DNA of 64,000 bases from a virus (Duplodnaviria; Caudoviricetes): the IMG/VR virus record IMGVR_UViG_2920693923_000001, positions 95,904 to 159,903 of that record; one strand, written 5' to 3'. The notes under the pieces are model-generated. The model had not been told where the DNA came from. It saw only the letters and a program-made list of their open reading frames with translations, and ran no database searches. A program made the position numbers and the translations under genes. Positions 18,789 through 29,328 of this stretch are shown one piece after another. The first letter of the stretch is position 1. Each line of letters starts with the position of its first letter.

Positions 18789-19322
18789 ATGGAATATAGA
18801 GAGATTGATTTTGTTCATGGTTGGACTATTGAACGAGCCGTAAAGGAATTACATGAAAGAGCAAATGATGGTAATAAATATTGTGGTAAATTCAATGAGA
18901 ATAAACTAACATCTGATATGTCTTTAGATGATGCTTATATGCTTTGCACCGGAAAAACTTTAGAGCAATTTAATAAAGAACAAGAAGAGAGTCGTCAAAG
19001 ATTAATTCAAGAAGAGGAAGAACATAAAAGAAAAATTCCTGAATTATCAAAGTATTGGATAGAAGAAGGTCATAAGGTTTTATCTAAAGATAAATGGGAG
19101 ATGTGGGATAAATGCGTTCCTGTTCGACTTGGTGATCTATATAGGGGAATGGAGCTTGGTCAGTGCTTAGATATTATTAAAACTGTTAAAGAAAAATCTA
19201 TCCAAGACGGAATTGATGTTATGAATAATCTGCATTCTGGCATCTCATGGGGATTAATGAAGTCTATGATTAGAGAATTTTGTGATCGTGGTAATGAGTT
19301 CTTAGAACAGTTAGGAGAATAA
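18789..19322 (+). CDS. Hypothetical phage protein
   Basis: AGGAGG RBS. Confidence 0.75.
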   Translation: MEYREIDFVHGWTIERAVKELHERANDGNKYCGKFNENKLTSDMSLDDAYMLCTGKTLEQFNKEQEESRQRLIQEEEEHKRKIPELSKYWIEEGHKVLSKDKWEMWDKCVPVRLGDLYRGMELGQCLDIIKTVKEKSIQDGIDVMNNLHSGISWGLMKSMIREFCDRGNEFLEQLGE

Positions 19323-19323
19323 T

Positions 19324-19584
19324 ATGGCAGGATTTGTCTCAAAACAACCAAATGGATTATATTGTAGATTTTCGACTGTCACAGATTGTCCTACGACATG
19401 GAATATGACAAGAGAAGATTATATCAATATGAAAATGCAGGAAGCAAAAGAAGACGCTGAAGATGTGTTGGATAATTATTTGAAGCCGTTTGATATGGTG
19501 ATGGATATGTATTATCCAAACAATATGACAAAAGAGGAATTTGATAAATTCCTTGAAGAGACTGGATATAGTAAAGGAGAATAA
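19324..19584 (+). CDS. Hypothetical phage protein
   Basis: AGGAG RBS. Confidence 0.7.
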   Translation: MAGFVSKQPNGLYCRFSTVTDCPTTWNMTREDYINMKMQEAKEDAEDVLDNYLKPFDMVMDMYYPNNMTKEEFDKFLEETGYSKGE

Positions 19585-19589
19585 ATCAT

Positions 19590-19862
19590 ATGAAGAAGAA
19601 AATTTTAGTAGTTGCATTAGGCTTAACATTATGTTTTGGAATGACAGGATGTCAGTCTGTTACAAAAGATTTTGGTGGATCAACAACAATCGAGCTTGAA
19701 CCAAACCAGAAACTTGAAGAGATTACATGGAAAGATGATTCATTATGGTATCTTACAAGACCTATGACAGATGACGACATTGCAGAGACACATACATTTC
19801 AACAGTCATCAAATTTTGGAGTGTTTGAGGGTACTGTAACAGTTATTGAGAAGAAGGAATAA
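19590..19862 (+). CDS. Putative lipoprotein
   Basis: MKKK, hydrophobic core and MTGC lipobox. Confidence 0.7.
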   Translation: MKKKILVVALGLTLCFGMTGCQSVTKDFGGSTTIELEPNQKLEEITWKDDSLWYLTRPMTDDDIAETHTFQQSSNFGVFEGTVTVIEKKE

Positions 19863-20005
19863 CATGATAGACAACGAATTACGTCAGCAATATAGACAAG
19901 CTGTTGATGATTTGAGAGTAGCATTTAAGAAGACTTGTTTGTACAGATTTTGCGAAGAAGTTGTAAAGAGATTAAGTAAGATTTTGAGATAGTAAAGGAG
20001 AAGAA

Positions 20006-20416
20006 TTGAATATGAAATTTAAAGGAATTGAATTAAAGGATAATACAGAAGCGGAATTATTAATCGCAATTGAAATAGTAAATATTAGCGATGAAGACGA
20101 ATTAGACGAATATGGTGAAGAACTGGAAGAAACATTATATGATGAGGTTTTTGATTATGATAACTGCGATGTTTATACTGAATTTTTAGATGGTGATCTT
20201 TTAAATGTGCGTTGTGATGATATTACATTTGATGAGAAAGGTGTTGAGCTTATTACAACAATTTACAAAGATATTATAGAAGCAAACTTAGATAATATTA
20301 ATGTAATGATAGGTGTTCATGTTGATGGCGGTGAATGGTTTAAAAGAGAAGATGGTTCTGAATATAATGAAGATGTTGTTACTTTGGAAGAGTTTTTAAG
20401 TAATATTGAATATTAA
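20006..20416 (+). CDS. Highly acidic hypothetical protein
   Basis: AAGGAG RBS; very D/E-rich. Confidence 0.7.
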   Translation: MNMKFKGIELKDNTEAELLIAIEIVNISDEDELDEYGEELEETLYDEVFDYDNCDVYTEFLDGDLLNVRCDDITFDEKGVELITTIYKDIIEANLDNINVMIGVHVDGGEWFKREDGSEYNEDVVTLEEFLSNIEY

Positions 20417-20458
20417 AAAGTAACAGTAAAACCACGTTTCATTCGAGGAGGTGATTGA

Positions 20459-20620
20459 GTGGATACATCATGTGAAACTTGTAAATGTAATACCTGTAAG
20501 ATGAATGAAAATGGTGGCATTTATGGTGGATGCTTTGATTGTGAAGATTGTAAAGAGCAAAATCTGTACTGTGAAGATTGTTCAATGTATGAATACGACA
20601 AATACAGATTGAGTAATTAG
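20459..20620 (+). CDS. Small Cys-rich protein (53 aa)
   Basis: GGAGGTG RBS, GTG start, repeated CxxC. Confidence 0.6.
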   Translation: MDTSCETCKCNTCKMNENGGIYGGCFDCEDCKEQNLYCEDCSMYEYDKYRLSN

Positions 20621-20632
20621 GAGAACAACAGT

Positions 20633-20914
20633 ATGAATAAGAGACAGAAAGAGAAATTCATTAAAAAGAATATGACGAAACTAAGGAAGATACATCCAAA
20701 TGAAGGCGATGTTGTAGTTCTTCAGTGGAATCCAGATAGTGAATATATAGATTTTGATACCATTGTTGAGTTTTATAAAGCATGGGAGAACGCAGGAACT
20801 TTTGATAAATGTGGTGCTGCTATTGTTCCATGTGATTTTAAGATTTTCAACAAGGAAGAAGCTCAGATATTTATTGATAAGTTACAGAGCATTGTAGATC
20901 GGATGGGAGAATAA
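20633..20914 (+). CDS. Hypothetical phage protein
   Basis: AGGAG RBS. Confidence 0.7.
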   Translation: MNKRQKEKFIKKNMTKLRKIHPNEGDVVVLQWNPDSEYIDFDTIVEFYKAWENAGTFDKCGAAIVPCDFKIFNKEEAQIFIDKLQSIVDRMGE

Positions 20915-21196
20915 ATGAATATACAAACAATTGAAGGTTTAGGTTATAAAATCCTCATAACTGAGTATATCACTAAAGATGTTCAAAGAAGAACTCACAA
21001 GAAAAAGCGTATTAACAAGAAGTGGTTGAAAAGATACGGCATAAAAATTATACCAGATAACACGAAAATACTTCTAGTGAATAATACACTTATGATGACA
21101 GGAAAATGTTATGAAAAACTAAGAAAATTCGCAGATAAAGATGCTGATAGTATGGAAAAATTTTTGAAAGAAGCTACTAAGAAACAATCTCAATAA
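20915..21196 (+). CDS. Basic hypothetical phage protein
   Basis: GGAG RBS; RRTHKKKRINKKW segment. Confidence 0.7.
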   Translation: MNIQTIEGLGYKILITEYITKDVQRRTHKKKRINKKWLKRYGIKIIPDNTKILLVNNTLMMTGKCYEKLRKFADKDADSMEKFLKEATKKQSQ

Positions 21197-21287
21197 AGAA
21201 GCATTTCAAATGATTTTATCTAAGAGCGTTTCTGCTCACAATTTCCAAATAAAAGAGAGAATAATTAAATATAAGGAGGTATAAAAC

Positions 21288-21550
21288 TTGCAGATAAGAA
21301 TTGTTGGTTTTAGTGACAGATATGATGATTATAAGCTTCTTGGATACACAGAAGCAGAGAATATATCAGAAGTTTTTAAGACACTAGATTACATGAGAAA
21401 GAATGAAATTCCGCTAATAATCAACACAAACGATATGATATCATTGATACAGATGGAGAAGAATATTACATAGATAGTATTACAATGGTATTTCCAAAAG
21501 TGAGTGGTGAGATTGGAAGTTGTATTACTGTTTATGTAGAAGATGTTTAG
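21288..21550 (+). pseudogene. Hypothetical gene frameshifted by a 5-bp duplication
   Basis: GATATGATAT at 21432-21441; removing one copy gives a continuous ORF to TAG 21550. Confidence 0.65.
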
Positions 21551-21560
21551 GAGAATAAAT

Positions 21561-21737
21561 ATGTGTAACCGTTGTAATTATGACTCGCCTGACAATCGGA
21601 TATATTTAGATCCACTGACGAATGAATATTATTTAGACATAGAAACTTCTGAATGGGATGAATATGATGACGGATTTGTTCATCAGCGAGAATATATTGC
21701 ATATTGTCCTTGGTGTGGAAGAAAATTAGAAGAATAA
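21561..21737 (+). CDS. Small Zn-ribbon protein
   Basis: CNRC...CPWCG. Confidence 0.7.
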   Translation: MCNRCNYDSPDNRIYLDPLTNEYYLDIETSEWDEYDDGFVHQREYIAYCPWCGRKLEE

Positions 21738-21755
21738 AATACAAGAGGTGATTCG

Positions 21756-22265
21756 ATGAGATGCAGAGATTGTCCTTATGGGATTGAAGATTTTACATTA
21801 AGAACAGAAATGTATAAATCTGTATATGGTGAATATCCAGATGAAGATAGAGCCAATCAATCAGAACAGTTTGTTTGGTGTGATAAAGTTGGTGGTAAAG
21901 TATATTCTTTTGGTCATTGTAGTGATTGGTATGAACAAGACGAAGAAAATTATAAGAATCATTCTAAGAAAAAGAGAATAAATAAACGTGAGAGATATTT
22001 GAAACATCAGAATCACCTCAGATATTTATATGAAACTGTTGGTGGTTATTATCCAACGCCTGTTAGATATGTGGATGAAATATGGATTAAGGGTATTGGT
22101 TATATTAAAAATCCAAAGCCATATTATCAGAGATTGTATCGTGGCAAGAAAAGTAAATATTTAAAACAGTTATCTAATAGGAAAATACGTAAATATAAAG
22201 GTGAGTTGCATAATGGCTATCAGCACATCCATAAAATTTTTGATTGGTGGAATGAATTTTGTTAG
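21756..22265 (+). CDS. Hypothetical phage protein
   Basis: GAGGTG RBS. Confidence 0.7.
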   Translation: MRCRDCPYGIEDFTLRTEMYKSVYGEYPDEDRANQSEQFVWCDKVGGKVYSFGHCSDWYEQDEENYKNHSKKKRINKRERYLKHQNHLRYLYETVGGYYPTPVRYVDEIWIKGIGYIKNPKPYYQRLYRGKKSKYLKQLSNRKIRKYKGELHNGYQHIHKIFDWWNEFC

Positions 22266-22277
22266 GAGAATAAATAT

Positions 22278-22757
22278 ATGAAGATAGAGTTAATCAAATT
22301 AAAATTCAATGATACTTGTGCATATAAGTATAAGCCATTTAAGTATTGTTGTGATGAAATTCAAAATGATAAAGCTATTGTATTTACAGGTGAAGATTTG
22401 GTATGTAACGATACTTTTGGATTAGTAGTAAGAGATTCAGATGACACTATAATTCCTCAATTTTGCAATTCATACACCGAAACATTTAACTCTTGGGGTG
22501 ATGAGTATGAGCAGACAGACAATTATCCAATTCAGTTCTGTCCTCATTGCGGAGAGAAGATTGAAATTTCAGTCGTAGAAGAGATTGATGTATCTGATAA
22601 ATATGAAGAATTAACTAAGCAGCGTGATGAATTATGGAAGAAGTGTCGGAGAACAGATAGCAAAAAGAAAGAATCTGAGCTAAGAGAGCAAGTCAGAAAG
22701 CTGGATGACCAGATTAACGGTTTTTATTGGTTAGATGAGTGGAAAGGAGAATATTAA
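22278..22757 (+). CDS. Hypothetical protein with FCPHCG Zn knuckle
   Basis: AGGAG RBS. Confidence 0.7.
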   Translation: MKIELIKLKFNDTCAYKYKPFKYCCDEIQNDKAIVFTGEDLVCNDTFGLVVRDSDDTIIPQFCNSYTETFNSWGDEYEQTDNYPIQFCPHCGEKIEISVVEEIDVSDKYEELTKQRDELWKKCRRTDSKKKESELREQVRKLDDQINGFYWLDEWKGEY

Positions 22758-22758
22758 A

Positions 22759-23097
22759 ATGGAAAACAGATTATTATGGGAAAATGACGTAATTAAAGCA
22801 ATTAGAAATCATACCAATATCATTGGACAGTTAGAGGATGATATAACTCATGTTCTTGATGATGTGCAATCAGTAACAATAGTTGGCTCAAAACAAGCAT
22901 TAGATAACTTACAAGTAGAGTATAAGCAAGTACAGAAACAGAAGCGAGTTGAACTATTCGAGAATAAAGATGTCGTTTTAGAGCAGAGAGGAAATAAATA
23001 TTACTTATCTCTGTACGATAAGAAGGGAAATTTCCAGAGAGAAGTCACTATTTAGGTCAAGGATAATTACAAGGTTGGACTTGGAAATTGTAAGTAA
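22759..23097 (+). pseudogene. Hypothetical gene with a probable premature TAG at 23053
   Basis: The frame continues VKDNYKVGLGNCK to a TAA overlapping a junction site. Confidence 0.45.
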
Positions 23098-23183
23098 ATT
23101 CAGGATTCCTTTGACTTTAAGTAACTTCACAGTAAAGCAACATATCATTTGAAAAATAAAAATTATAAAGGAGAATATTAAAC

Positions 23184-23495
23184 ATGGAAACAATTTTAAA
23201 ATTATTAGCAGAGAACCCAGAAAGTTTAGGAGAGGTAGTAAAGACATATATTACAAAATATAAAAAGCCTGTATATGATGTTCTGAAGGAACTCATGATT
23301 ATTGCAAAGGATTATTCTGAGAATACTGAGTATCCTGCAATTCAGGCTAGAACTAAGAAGAATATGTTTGATGCATATGTAAGTGTTGGTTTTACAGAGG
23401 ATCAGGCATTAGCACTTATGATTAACGACAATATTCAGCTTATGAAGAATATTCAGAAGTCAGTTAATAATACTTCTGTAAAGAAGAGCAAGTAG
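23184..23495 (+). CDS. Hypothetical phage protein
   Basis: AAGGAG RBS. Confidence 0.7.
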   Translation: METILKLLAENPESLGEVVKTYITKYKKPVYDVLKELMIIAKDYSENTEYPAIQARTKKNMFDAYVSVGFTEDQALALMINDNIQLMKNIQKSVNNTSVKKSK

Positions 23496-23630
23496 TGGTT
23501 TCGCAGTAAACCAATCTTTCTTGTGAAAATTTTTAATCATATCTAAGCCATTCGGCTATGGGAATCCCGACAAATAAGAGAATATTACAGTGTAACTAAT
23601 AAAAATATTACATATAAAGGAGATTTTTAA

Positions 23631-24182
23631 ATGAAGAACACAAATTGGAAAGTGCCAGTAATTATTGGCGTAGGAGTATTAGCAGTTATTTTGATGATTG
23701 TATTTGGTGTACAGAGTTCACAGAATAAGGCTATTGCACTTGAGGAGCAGGTAAACACAGCATCATCAGATATTAAGGTACAGGAAAAGCGAAGAGTTGA
23801 CCTTGTATATAACCTTGCTGATTGCGTAAAACAGTATGACAAACATGAAGCTGATACATTAACAGCAGTTGCAGATGGTCGTGGATCAACAGGAGATATT
23901 GAGAATGTAACAACAGCTATTACAGCAGTTGCAGAAGCATATCCTGAATTGAAGTCCAATGAGAACTACAAGACTCTTATGAATGAGTTATCTATGACAG
24001 AGAATATGATTGCAGAGTATCGCAGCAATTACAATAAGCAGATTAAGGAATACAAGAGATATATAAGAAAGTTCCCTACAAAACAGTTTCTTGGATTACT
24101 TGGATATGAAGTGCAGGAATATGAGTATCTGGATTACAATGCACCAGTTGATGCTCCACAGTCGTTGTTCAAAGAGGATTAG
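23631..24182 (+). CDS. lemA: LemA-family protein
   Basis: N-terminal TM helix, KRRVDLVYNL, AEAYPELKSNENY, FP motifs. Confidence 0.88.
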   Translation: MKNTNWKVPVIIGVGVLAVILMIVFGVQSSQNKAIALEEQVNTASSDIKVQEKRRVDLVYNLADCVKQYDKHEADTLTAVADGRGSTGDIENVTTAITAVAEAYPELKSNENYKTLMNELSMTENMIAEYRSNYNKQIKEYKRYIRKFPTKQFLGLLGYEVQEYEYLDYNAPVDAPQSLFKED

Positions 24183-24185
24183 TAT

Positions 24186-24938
24186 ATGAAATATGGTTTT
24201 GATTTTGGCAATTTTGAAATAACAAAACGTGAAATCTTGGCTAGTATTTCTATCATTGCAGTTATGATTCTGTTTGGTATTCTGATTTCTTCTAAGATTT
24301 CAGAATATCAAATGGATAAAAATGAAATTTATAACAAAGCTGTTAAGATAGAAAGTCAAGAAATGTTCCAATATGGAATGGATACAAATGTTGGTAATGC
24401 GTTTGTATATGGTGATTTGAAAGCAGTTGATACAGTTACATATCCTGAAATTGGTGGAGAATATATGTATGTAGAAAAAGTCAAAGAGCGATACACAATG
24501 CATACAAGACAAGTAGCTCATACAAGAACTGTTAATGGCAAATCACAAACTTATTATACAACAGAAACATATTGGACTTGGGATAGAGTCGGGAGTGAAG
24601 ATATTAAGTGTAAAGAAATATCATTTTGTGGAGTAAATTTCACAAGTAATAAAATTGATTTACCTGGTACTGATTATATTGACACTATCAAGGAATCAAG
24701 TAATGTGAGATATAAGTATTATGGTGTTGGAACTGAATATAAAGGAACAATTTTTACAGATTTAAGAGATAAAACTATTCCAGATAATACATCCTTTTAT
24801 AATAATTCAACTATTGATGAGACGATAGAAAGGCTAGAATCTGATTTTCCAATTATTATTTTCTGGATCTTTTGGGTTATTTTAATCGGTGGAATAGTGT
24901 TTGGTTTCTATTATTTAGATAATAGATGGTTGGATTAG
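24186..24938 (+). CDS. Membrane protein (N- and C-terminal TM helices) coupled to lemA
   Basis: Hydrophobic termini around a soluble core. Confidence 0.75.
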   Translation: MKYGFDFGNFEITKREILASISIIAVMILFGILISSKISEYQMDKNEIYNKAVKIESQEMFQYGMDTNVGNAFVYGDLKAVDTVTYPEIGGEYMYVEKVKERYTMHTRQVAHTRTVNGKSQTYYTTETYWTWDRVGSEDIKCKEISFCGVNFTSNKIDLPGTDYIDTIKESSNVRYKYYGVGTEYKGTIFTDLRDKTIPDNTSFYNNSTIDETIERLESDFPIIIFWIFWVILIGGIVFGFYYLDNRWLD

Positions 24939-24966
24939 GATTTTTTCAAGTGAGGTTAGAGGATAA

Positions 24967-25180
24967 ATGGACAAAAAAAATTAAAAATAAATTAATTGAA
25001 TGGGTAAAGAACAATTATAGTCCAAAGGCATGTGGATATACAGAAATGAGATCTTCTGGAAATGAATCCGATGTATTTTGTGACGGATATGATTGTGGCA
25101 TATCAAACGCTGCATATGAAATTGGTTGTATTCTTGGTATGAAATTAAAAGAACCTGAAGAGCAGGACTATGGCTTCTAA
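24967..25180 (+). pseudogene. Small gene frameshifted in an A8 run
   Basis: RBS, then ATG GAC AAA AAA AAT TAA; an A7 run restores the frame to 25180. Confidence 0.6.
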
Positions 25181-25227
25181 AATTTAAATGAAATTTTTCT
25201 TTCCCTTGGACAGATTGGAGGTGTGAA

Positions 25228-25383
25228 ATGAAAAAGTATTATAGACAAGTAATCGCATTTCTTTTGGTATGGTTTTGTAGTGGTATAACGATGTATTCAT
25301 ATCAAGTAGAAAATAAAATACTTGGAATTACTTTTACATTTTTAAGTTTTTTATATTGGTTCATTATAGATAAAGATGATTAG
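25228..25383 (+). CDS. Small membrane protein (51 aa)
   Basis: GGAGGTG RBS, two hydrophobic segments. Confidence 0.6.
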   Translation: MKKYYRQVIAFLLVWFCSGITMYSYQVENKILGITFTFLSFLYWFIIDKDD

Positions 25384-25395
25384 GAGAATAAGTAC

Positions 25396-25611
25396 ATGAC
25401 ACAATTACCAAAAACAAGTTGTAGTATTCCGATGCCAGAAGTTATAGCTATTCGTGACACTAGAATTATTGCAAAAATTAAGTTATGTGGTGGTGCTGTA
25501 ACGATTAATGTTAATGAAACAATGGCATGGAAAAAACCAACTGATGAGCAGATTAAAAATTTACACGATTTATTCTGTATTGATGTTGAAATATTAGACA
25601 GGGGAGAATAA
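25396..25611 (+). CDS. Hypothetical phage protein
   Basis: AGGAG RBS. Confidence 0.65.
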   Translation: MTQLPKTSCSIPMPEVIAIRDTRIIAKIKLCGGAVTINVNETMAWKKPTDEQIKNLHDLFCIDVEILDRGE

Positions 25612-25615
25612 CATT

Positions 25616-25816
25616 ATGAAAGCATATTTAGTAGAGCGACCTGCAAGTGGTTGGTGTCAAGATTATGTAATGGTAATTATCGCACAAGATGAAAGACACG
25701 CTGAAAGAAAAGCAAGAGTAAGTTCAGATGACTTCAAGAAGTGTCAAGAGATTACCATTACAGAAATTGATATGAATGAAGAACAGTGTGTTTTGACAGC
25801 AAATACAGGTGCATAG
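25616..25816 (+). CDS. Hypothetical phage protein
   Basis: GGAG RBS. Confidence 0.65.
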   Translation: MKAYLVERPASGWCQDYVMVIIAQDERHAERKARVSSDDFKKCQEITITEIDMNEEQCVLTANTGA

Positions 25817-25828
25817 GAGGATAGTAAC

Positions 25829-26152
25829 ATGAGAACAGAGAATATAGAAGTAACATTTAAAATTCCAATTCCAGTTGATAAACCTGATTTGAACGGTGTC
25901 ATATATTCCAAAGAAGCAATTAGAAATGCTTATAAAAATGTAAAGGATGTTCCGATTGAAATGTCATGTAGTGATGGTCAGTTTCTTCCTATTGGAGTAG
26001 CACAGGAAGTTGAGTTAATTGAAGACGAAGATGGTATGTATATTACAGGCGTTGGTCTTGTTTGGCATGGTGGTACAGAAGAAAGTGTTGAAATTAAGGA
26101 TAGTAAGGTAACTAGCTTTAAAGTGAATGGCATTGGAATTGTAAAAGAGTAG
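25829..26152 (+). CDS. Hypothetical phage protein
   Basis: AGGAGG RBS; PDLNGVIYS motif. Confidence 0.7.
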   Translation: MRTENIEVTFKIPIPVDKPDLNGVIYSKEAIRNAYKNVKDVPIEMSCSDGQFLPIGVAQEVELIEDEDGMYITGVGLVWHGGTEESVEIKDSKVTSFKVNGIGIVKE

Positions 26153-26163
26153 GAGATAAAGAT

Positions 26164-26904
26164 ATGGATAATTTAACACACAGAGAAGAAGTAAATCTTT
26201 ATGAAGCAATTCAAAAATCGTTTCCTAAAATTCTAATCAAAGATCTTACAGAGCATGAAAGAATTTGTCCTGTATGTAATGGTCTTGGAATGAGAATTGA
26301 AGACAATGTTTATGGGATTAAAGGTGACAACTCTGAAGCTGGTAGAAAATACCATTTTCCATATAAGCATCAAGCACTTTCGTTTTGTCAGAGTTGTTAT
26401 AACGGAGTGCAGCGATTGTGTCCTTATTGCGGAGAGCCTTATAAAAATCAGGCTTATTTACATTGCGACTGTGAAGGACAGAAGAAAGTTGACGAAGAAG
26501 AGAGAATAAAGAAGTGGAATGATAAAGTATCTAAAGCAGTTCCAGTTGATGAAAAAGATGTAAGCACAATGCTTTACTGTGAGGAATTTGACGAGTATTA
26601 CGCCACTGTTGATGATTTCTTTGATGATTATGCATGTAATCATGAAGAAGATAGTGAAGAAGATAGCGATGAAAGACCCGTAAGATTATGGGTAACTTCT
26701 GTTGAGACGATTTCTATTGATGCAACCAATGTCATTGAAAATGCTTGTAGCGATTTACATGAAAATGCATATGAACGGTGTGATGAGGGTTCTTTACAGA
26801 AATTATTGGATGATTGGTGTAAGGAACAGACAGGAACAACTACATATTATCCTTGTTTTAAGCAGTATGTAGAGATCGATTGGAGTAAATATTCAGAGGA
26901 ATAA
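26164..26904 (+). CDS. Zn-finger (DnaJ-CRD-like CxxCxGxG) hypothetical protein
   Basis: CPVCNGLG, CQSC, CPYCG. Confidence 0.7.
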   Translation: MDNLTHREEVNLYEAIQKSFPKILIKDLTEHERICPVCNGLGMRIEDNVYGIKGDNSEAGRKYHFPYKHQALSFCQSCYNGVQRLCPYCGEPYKNQAYLHCDCEGQKKVDEEERIKKWNDKVSKAVPVDEKDVSTMLYCEEFDEYYATVDDFFDDYACNHEEDSEEDSDERPVRLWVTSVETISIDATNVIENACSDLHENAYERCDEGSLQKLLDDWCKEQTGTTTYYPCFKQYVEIDWSKYSEE

Positions 26905-26933
26905 CAGAAAATAAATATCTGTGAGGTGATGAA

Positions 26934-27830
26934 GTGAAATATATAGAACGAAAAAATTATAACAAGGTGATAACAGTTAAACTTGTAATTCCAGGTGGTT
27001 GTAATGCGAAATGTCCGTTTTGTTACAATAAAGACAAAGATATGTCGTGTGATAAACAACAGTTTTTAGATAATTTCATCGAATCACTTGATGATATTAT
27101 AACAAGAATAGGTGGTAAAAATCCTATATCAGTTGATATAACTGGCGGTGAACCTACTTTAGATCCTGAATATTTATCAAAAATATTTATCAAACTGAAA
27201 GAGTTCAATATTAAATCAAAGGTTCTTAGAGTAACTATGACAACAAATGGTTCTCATCTAAAAGAAGTAATCCCATATATGAAAGATGTTGTTGATTATG
27301 TAAATATTTCAATTCACGATTGGCAACCAATAAGGAGAGAAGAAATACTTGGATTTTGTTTCAATAGAATTGACTACAAGGATATGATTCAGCAGCTCAA
27401 CGATATTGGAATTACAGTATCAGCATGTGCAGTTATATTTAAGAAAATTCCAAACTTTGTAAAGTGGAGAGATTTCTTCATTGATTGGGCGAAAGATGTA
27501 GGGTTTATTGCAGTAAGATTTAGATGTGATGTTTTCTGGAATGATGCTGATGTGTTTGATTCCTATTTAACAGAGTCAATGAGTGAGACTGATAAATTTG
27601 ATGTTATAGATTATGAAAACACAACGGATTCTCATTGGTGTAGACTTCGCAGAAAAGATAAGATGAGAGTATTTTTCTTGCATGGTGTTTTAGACACCTC
27701 AATCAAGACAAAAGGTATTGAATATGTAATAGATACTGATGGTCGCTGTTATTGTGATTATTACAGAAGGACAAAAGTAGAAGATTATCAATATGAAGTT
27801 GGAAAGATTTATGATGCAGTGAGTGATTAA
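26934..27830 (+). CDS. Radical SAM protein
   Basis: CNAKCPFC (CxxxCxxC), TGGEPT, TTNG, NISIH. Confidence 0.88.
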   Translation: MKYIERKNYNKVITVKLVIPGGCNAKCPFCYNKDKDMSCDKQQFLDNFIESLDDIITRIGGKNPISVDITGGEPTLDPEYLSKIFIKLKEFNIKSKVLRVTMTTNGSHLKEVIPYMKDVVDYVNISIHDWQPIRREEILGFCFNRIDYKDMIQQLNDIGITVSACAVIFKKIPNFVKWRDFFIDWAKDVGFIAVRFRCDVFWNDADVFDSYLTESMSETDKFDVIDYENTTDSHWCRLRRKDKMRVFFLHGVLDTSIKTKGIEYVIDTDGRCYCDYYRRTKVEDYQYEVGKIYDAVSD

Positions 27831-27864
27831 ATAGAGAATAAATATTTGTGAGGTAGTATTTAAA

Positions 27865-28149
27865 ATGGGTTATTGTTTTAATTTATATACACCAGATATG
27901 AAAGAACAGGATAGTGGAAAATTTGTAGCTTGTGAGAGATTGTTGTTTTCTAATAATGTACCATTTACTGTTAATACAATTGGATATTACGAACAGTATA
28001 TTGGTGGTAAATATTTGGATATTTATAACAGTGTTTGTATTTTAAATGAGCAACAATGTGAAATTGCAGATGAATATACAGGAACGACATTCTTTACAGA
28101 TTTTATTAAAAAACATGACTGTAATGGAATGTTCATACAGATAACATGA
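27865..28149 (+). CDS. Hypothetical phage protein
   Basis: GAGGT RBS. Confidence 0.65.
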   Translation: MGYCFNLYTPDMKEQDSGKFVACERLLFSNNVPFTVNTIGYYEQYIGGKYLDIYNSVCILNEQQCEIADEYTGTTFFTDFIKKHDCNGMFIQIT

Positions 28150-28197
28150 AAAAAGATTCATTTCTTTAGGAAGTTTTAACAGATAGGAGTGATATAA

Positions 28198-29328
28198 ACG
28201 AGAGTATATAAAGATAAACAGTATCTCATTTTTGATTATGAAGATGGACGTACTGTAAAATATGATTTCGCAACAAAGACTGCTATTGGAATTAAGGGTA
28301 AGCCAGTAAAGAACTTATGTAGTCAGTTAAGTGGATTTACCTTAAATGAGTTATTTGATTGTTGTGATGATGAGAAATATGCAAAGTTTTTACGATTTAT
28401 TAGAAATTCAGAAACATACTCATATTCAATAAGTAACATAGGAACAATTCTTGATAGAGTTCCAAGATATGATAGATTTGAACAAATCTTCTCAGCAGGA
28501 TTTGATGACATTATCAAAGATGGTTATCGGTTTAAATATTCTATAAATGAGATTCCAAAATCTCTAATCAAATTATGTCGTAAATATCCCATTAAATTAT
28601 CCAACAATACTGTTAAGTATTATAAAGAAAACCAAGATGCTCATTACATAGCATACAATCTTGATTATCTTAGTTTATCTCTTAATGACATTTACACTGT
28701 TTGGAACACAGAGATATATTGTAGGGTGAATGATATTTATACTTATTATTCATTTTTCAATAAATTAGTAAATGAATATGACTACAATGCCAAAGATTTA
28801 TGGCTGTATTTGGATAGAATTAAGACATTTGAGGCAGTTGAAGATATGAGTTTCTTGATTCGTGAATTGTGCGATTATGCTAATATGATGAATCAACTTA
28901 GTTCAAAATATGATAAATATCCACGACATTTCCTTACTACACATAAGATTGCCTGTAGAAATTACAATCGAATGAAGAAAGAGTTCTCAGAAGAATTATT
29001 TAAAAAGAGAATAAATAAGCAGTATGAATGCTCTTTTGGTGATTACATATTCATTTATCCAGATTCTACACAGGATATAAAGGATGAGGCGACTATGCAA
29101 AACAACTGCGTAGCTTCATACATAGATAAGGTTATTGACGGTGAGTGCCACATTCTTTTCTTGAGAAAGAGGAACAAACCAGACGAGAGTTTGGTAACGA
29201 TTGAAGTAAGAAATAATCATATCGTACAGGCTAGACGAAGATTTAATGATGATGTAACAGCAGAGGATCAGAAAACTATTGATGCATTTAATAAAAAGTT
29301 TGCGAATAAGGAGGATAAAGCAGCATGA
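28198..29328 (+). CDS. PcfJ-like domain protein; probable ACG start
   Basis: Frame open for 176 codons upstream of GTG 28726, back to an ACG behind AGGAGTGA; C-terminal EATMQNNCVASY...ILFLR...TIEV. Confidence 0.7.
   Translation, partial: TRVYKDKQYLIFDYEDGRTVKYDFATKTAIGIKGKPVKNLCSQLSGFTLNELFDCCDDEKYAKFLRFIRNSETYSYSISNIGTILDRVPRYDRFEQIFSAGFDDIIKDGYRFKYSINEIPKSLIKLCRKYPIKLSNNTVKYYKENQDAHYIAYNLDYLSLSLNDIYTVWNTEIYCRVNDIYTYYSFFNKLVNEYDYNAKDLWLYLDRIKTFEAVEDMSFLIRELCDYANMMNQLSSKYDKYPRHFLTTHKIACRNYNRMKKEFSEELFKKRINKQYECSFGDYIFIYPDSTQDIKDEATMQNNCVASYIDKVIDGECHILFLRKRNKPDESLVTIEVRNNHIVQARRRFNDDVTAEDQKTIDAFNKKFANKEDKAA

Noticed and set aside
25829-26152. Prohead-protease-like motif (DLNGVIY)
   Set aside because: The protein is too short, catalytic residues are not identifiable, and there are no structural genes nearby.
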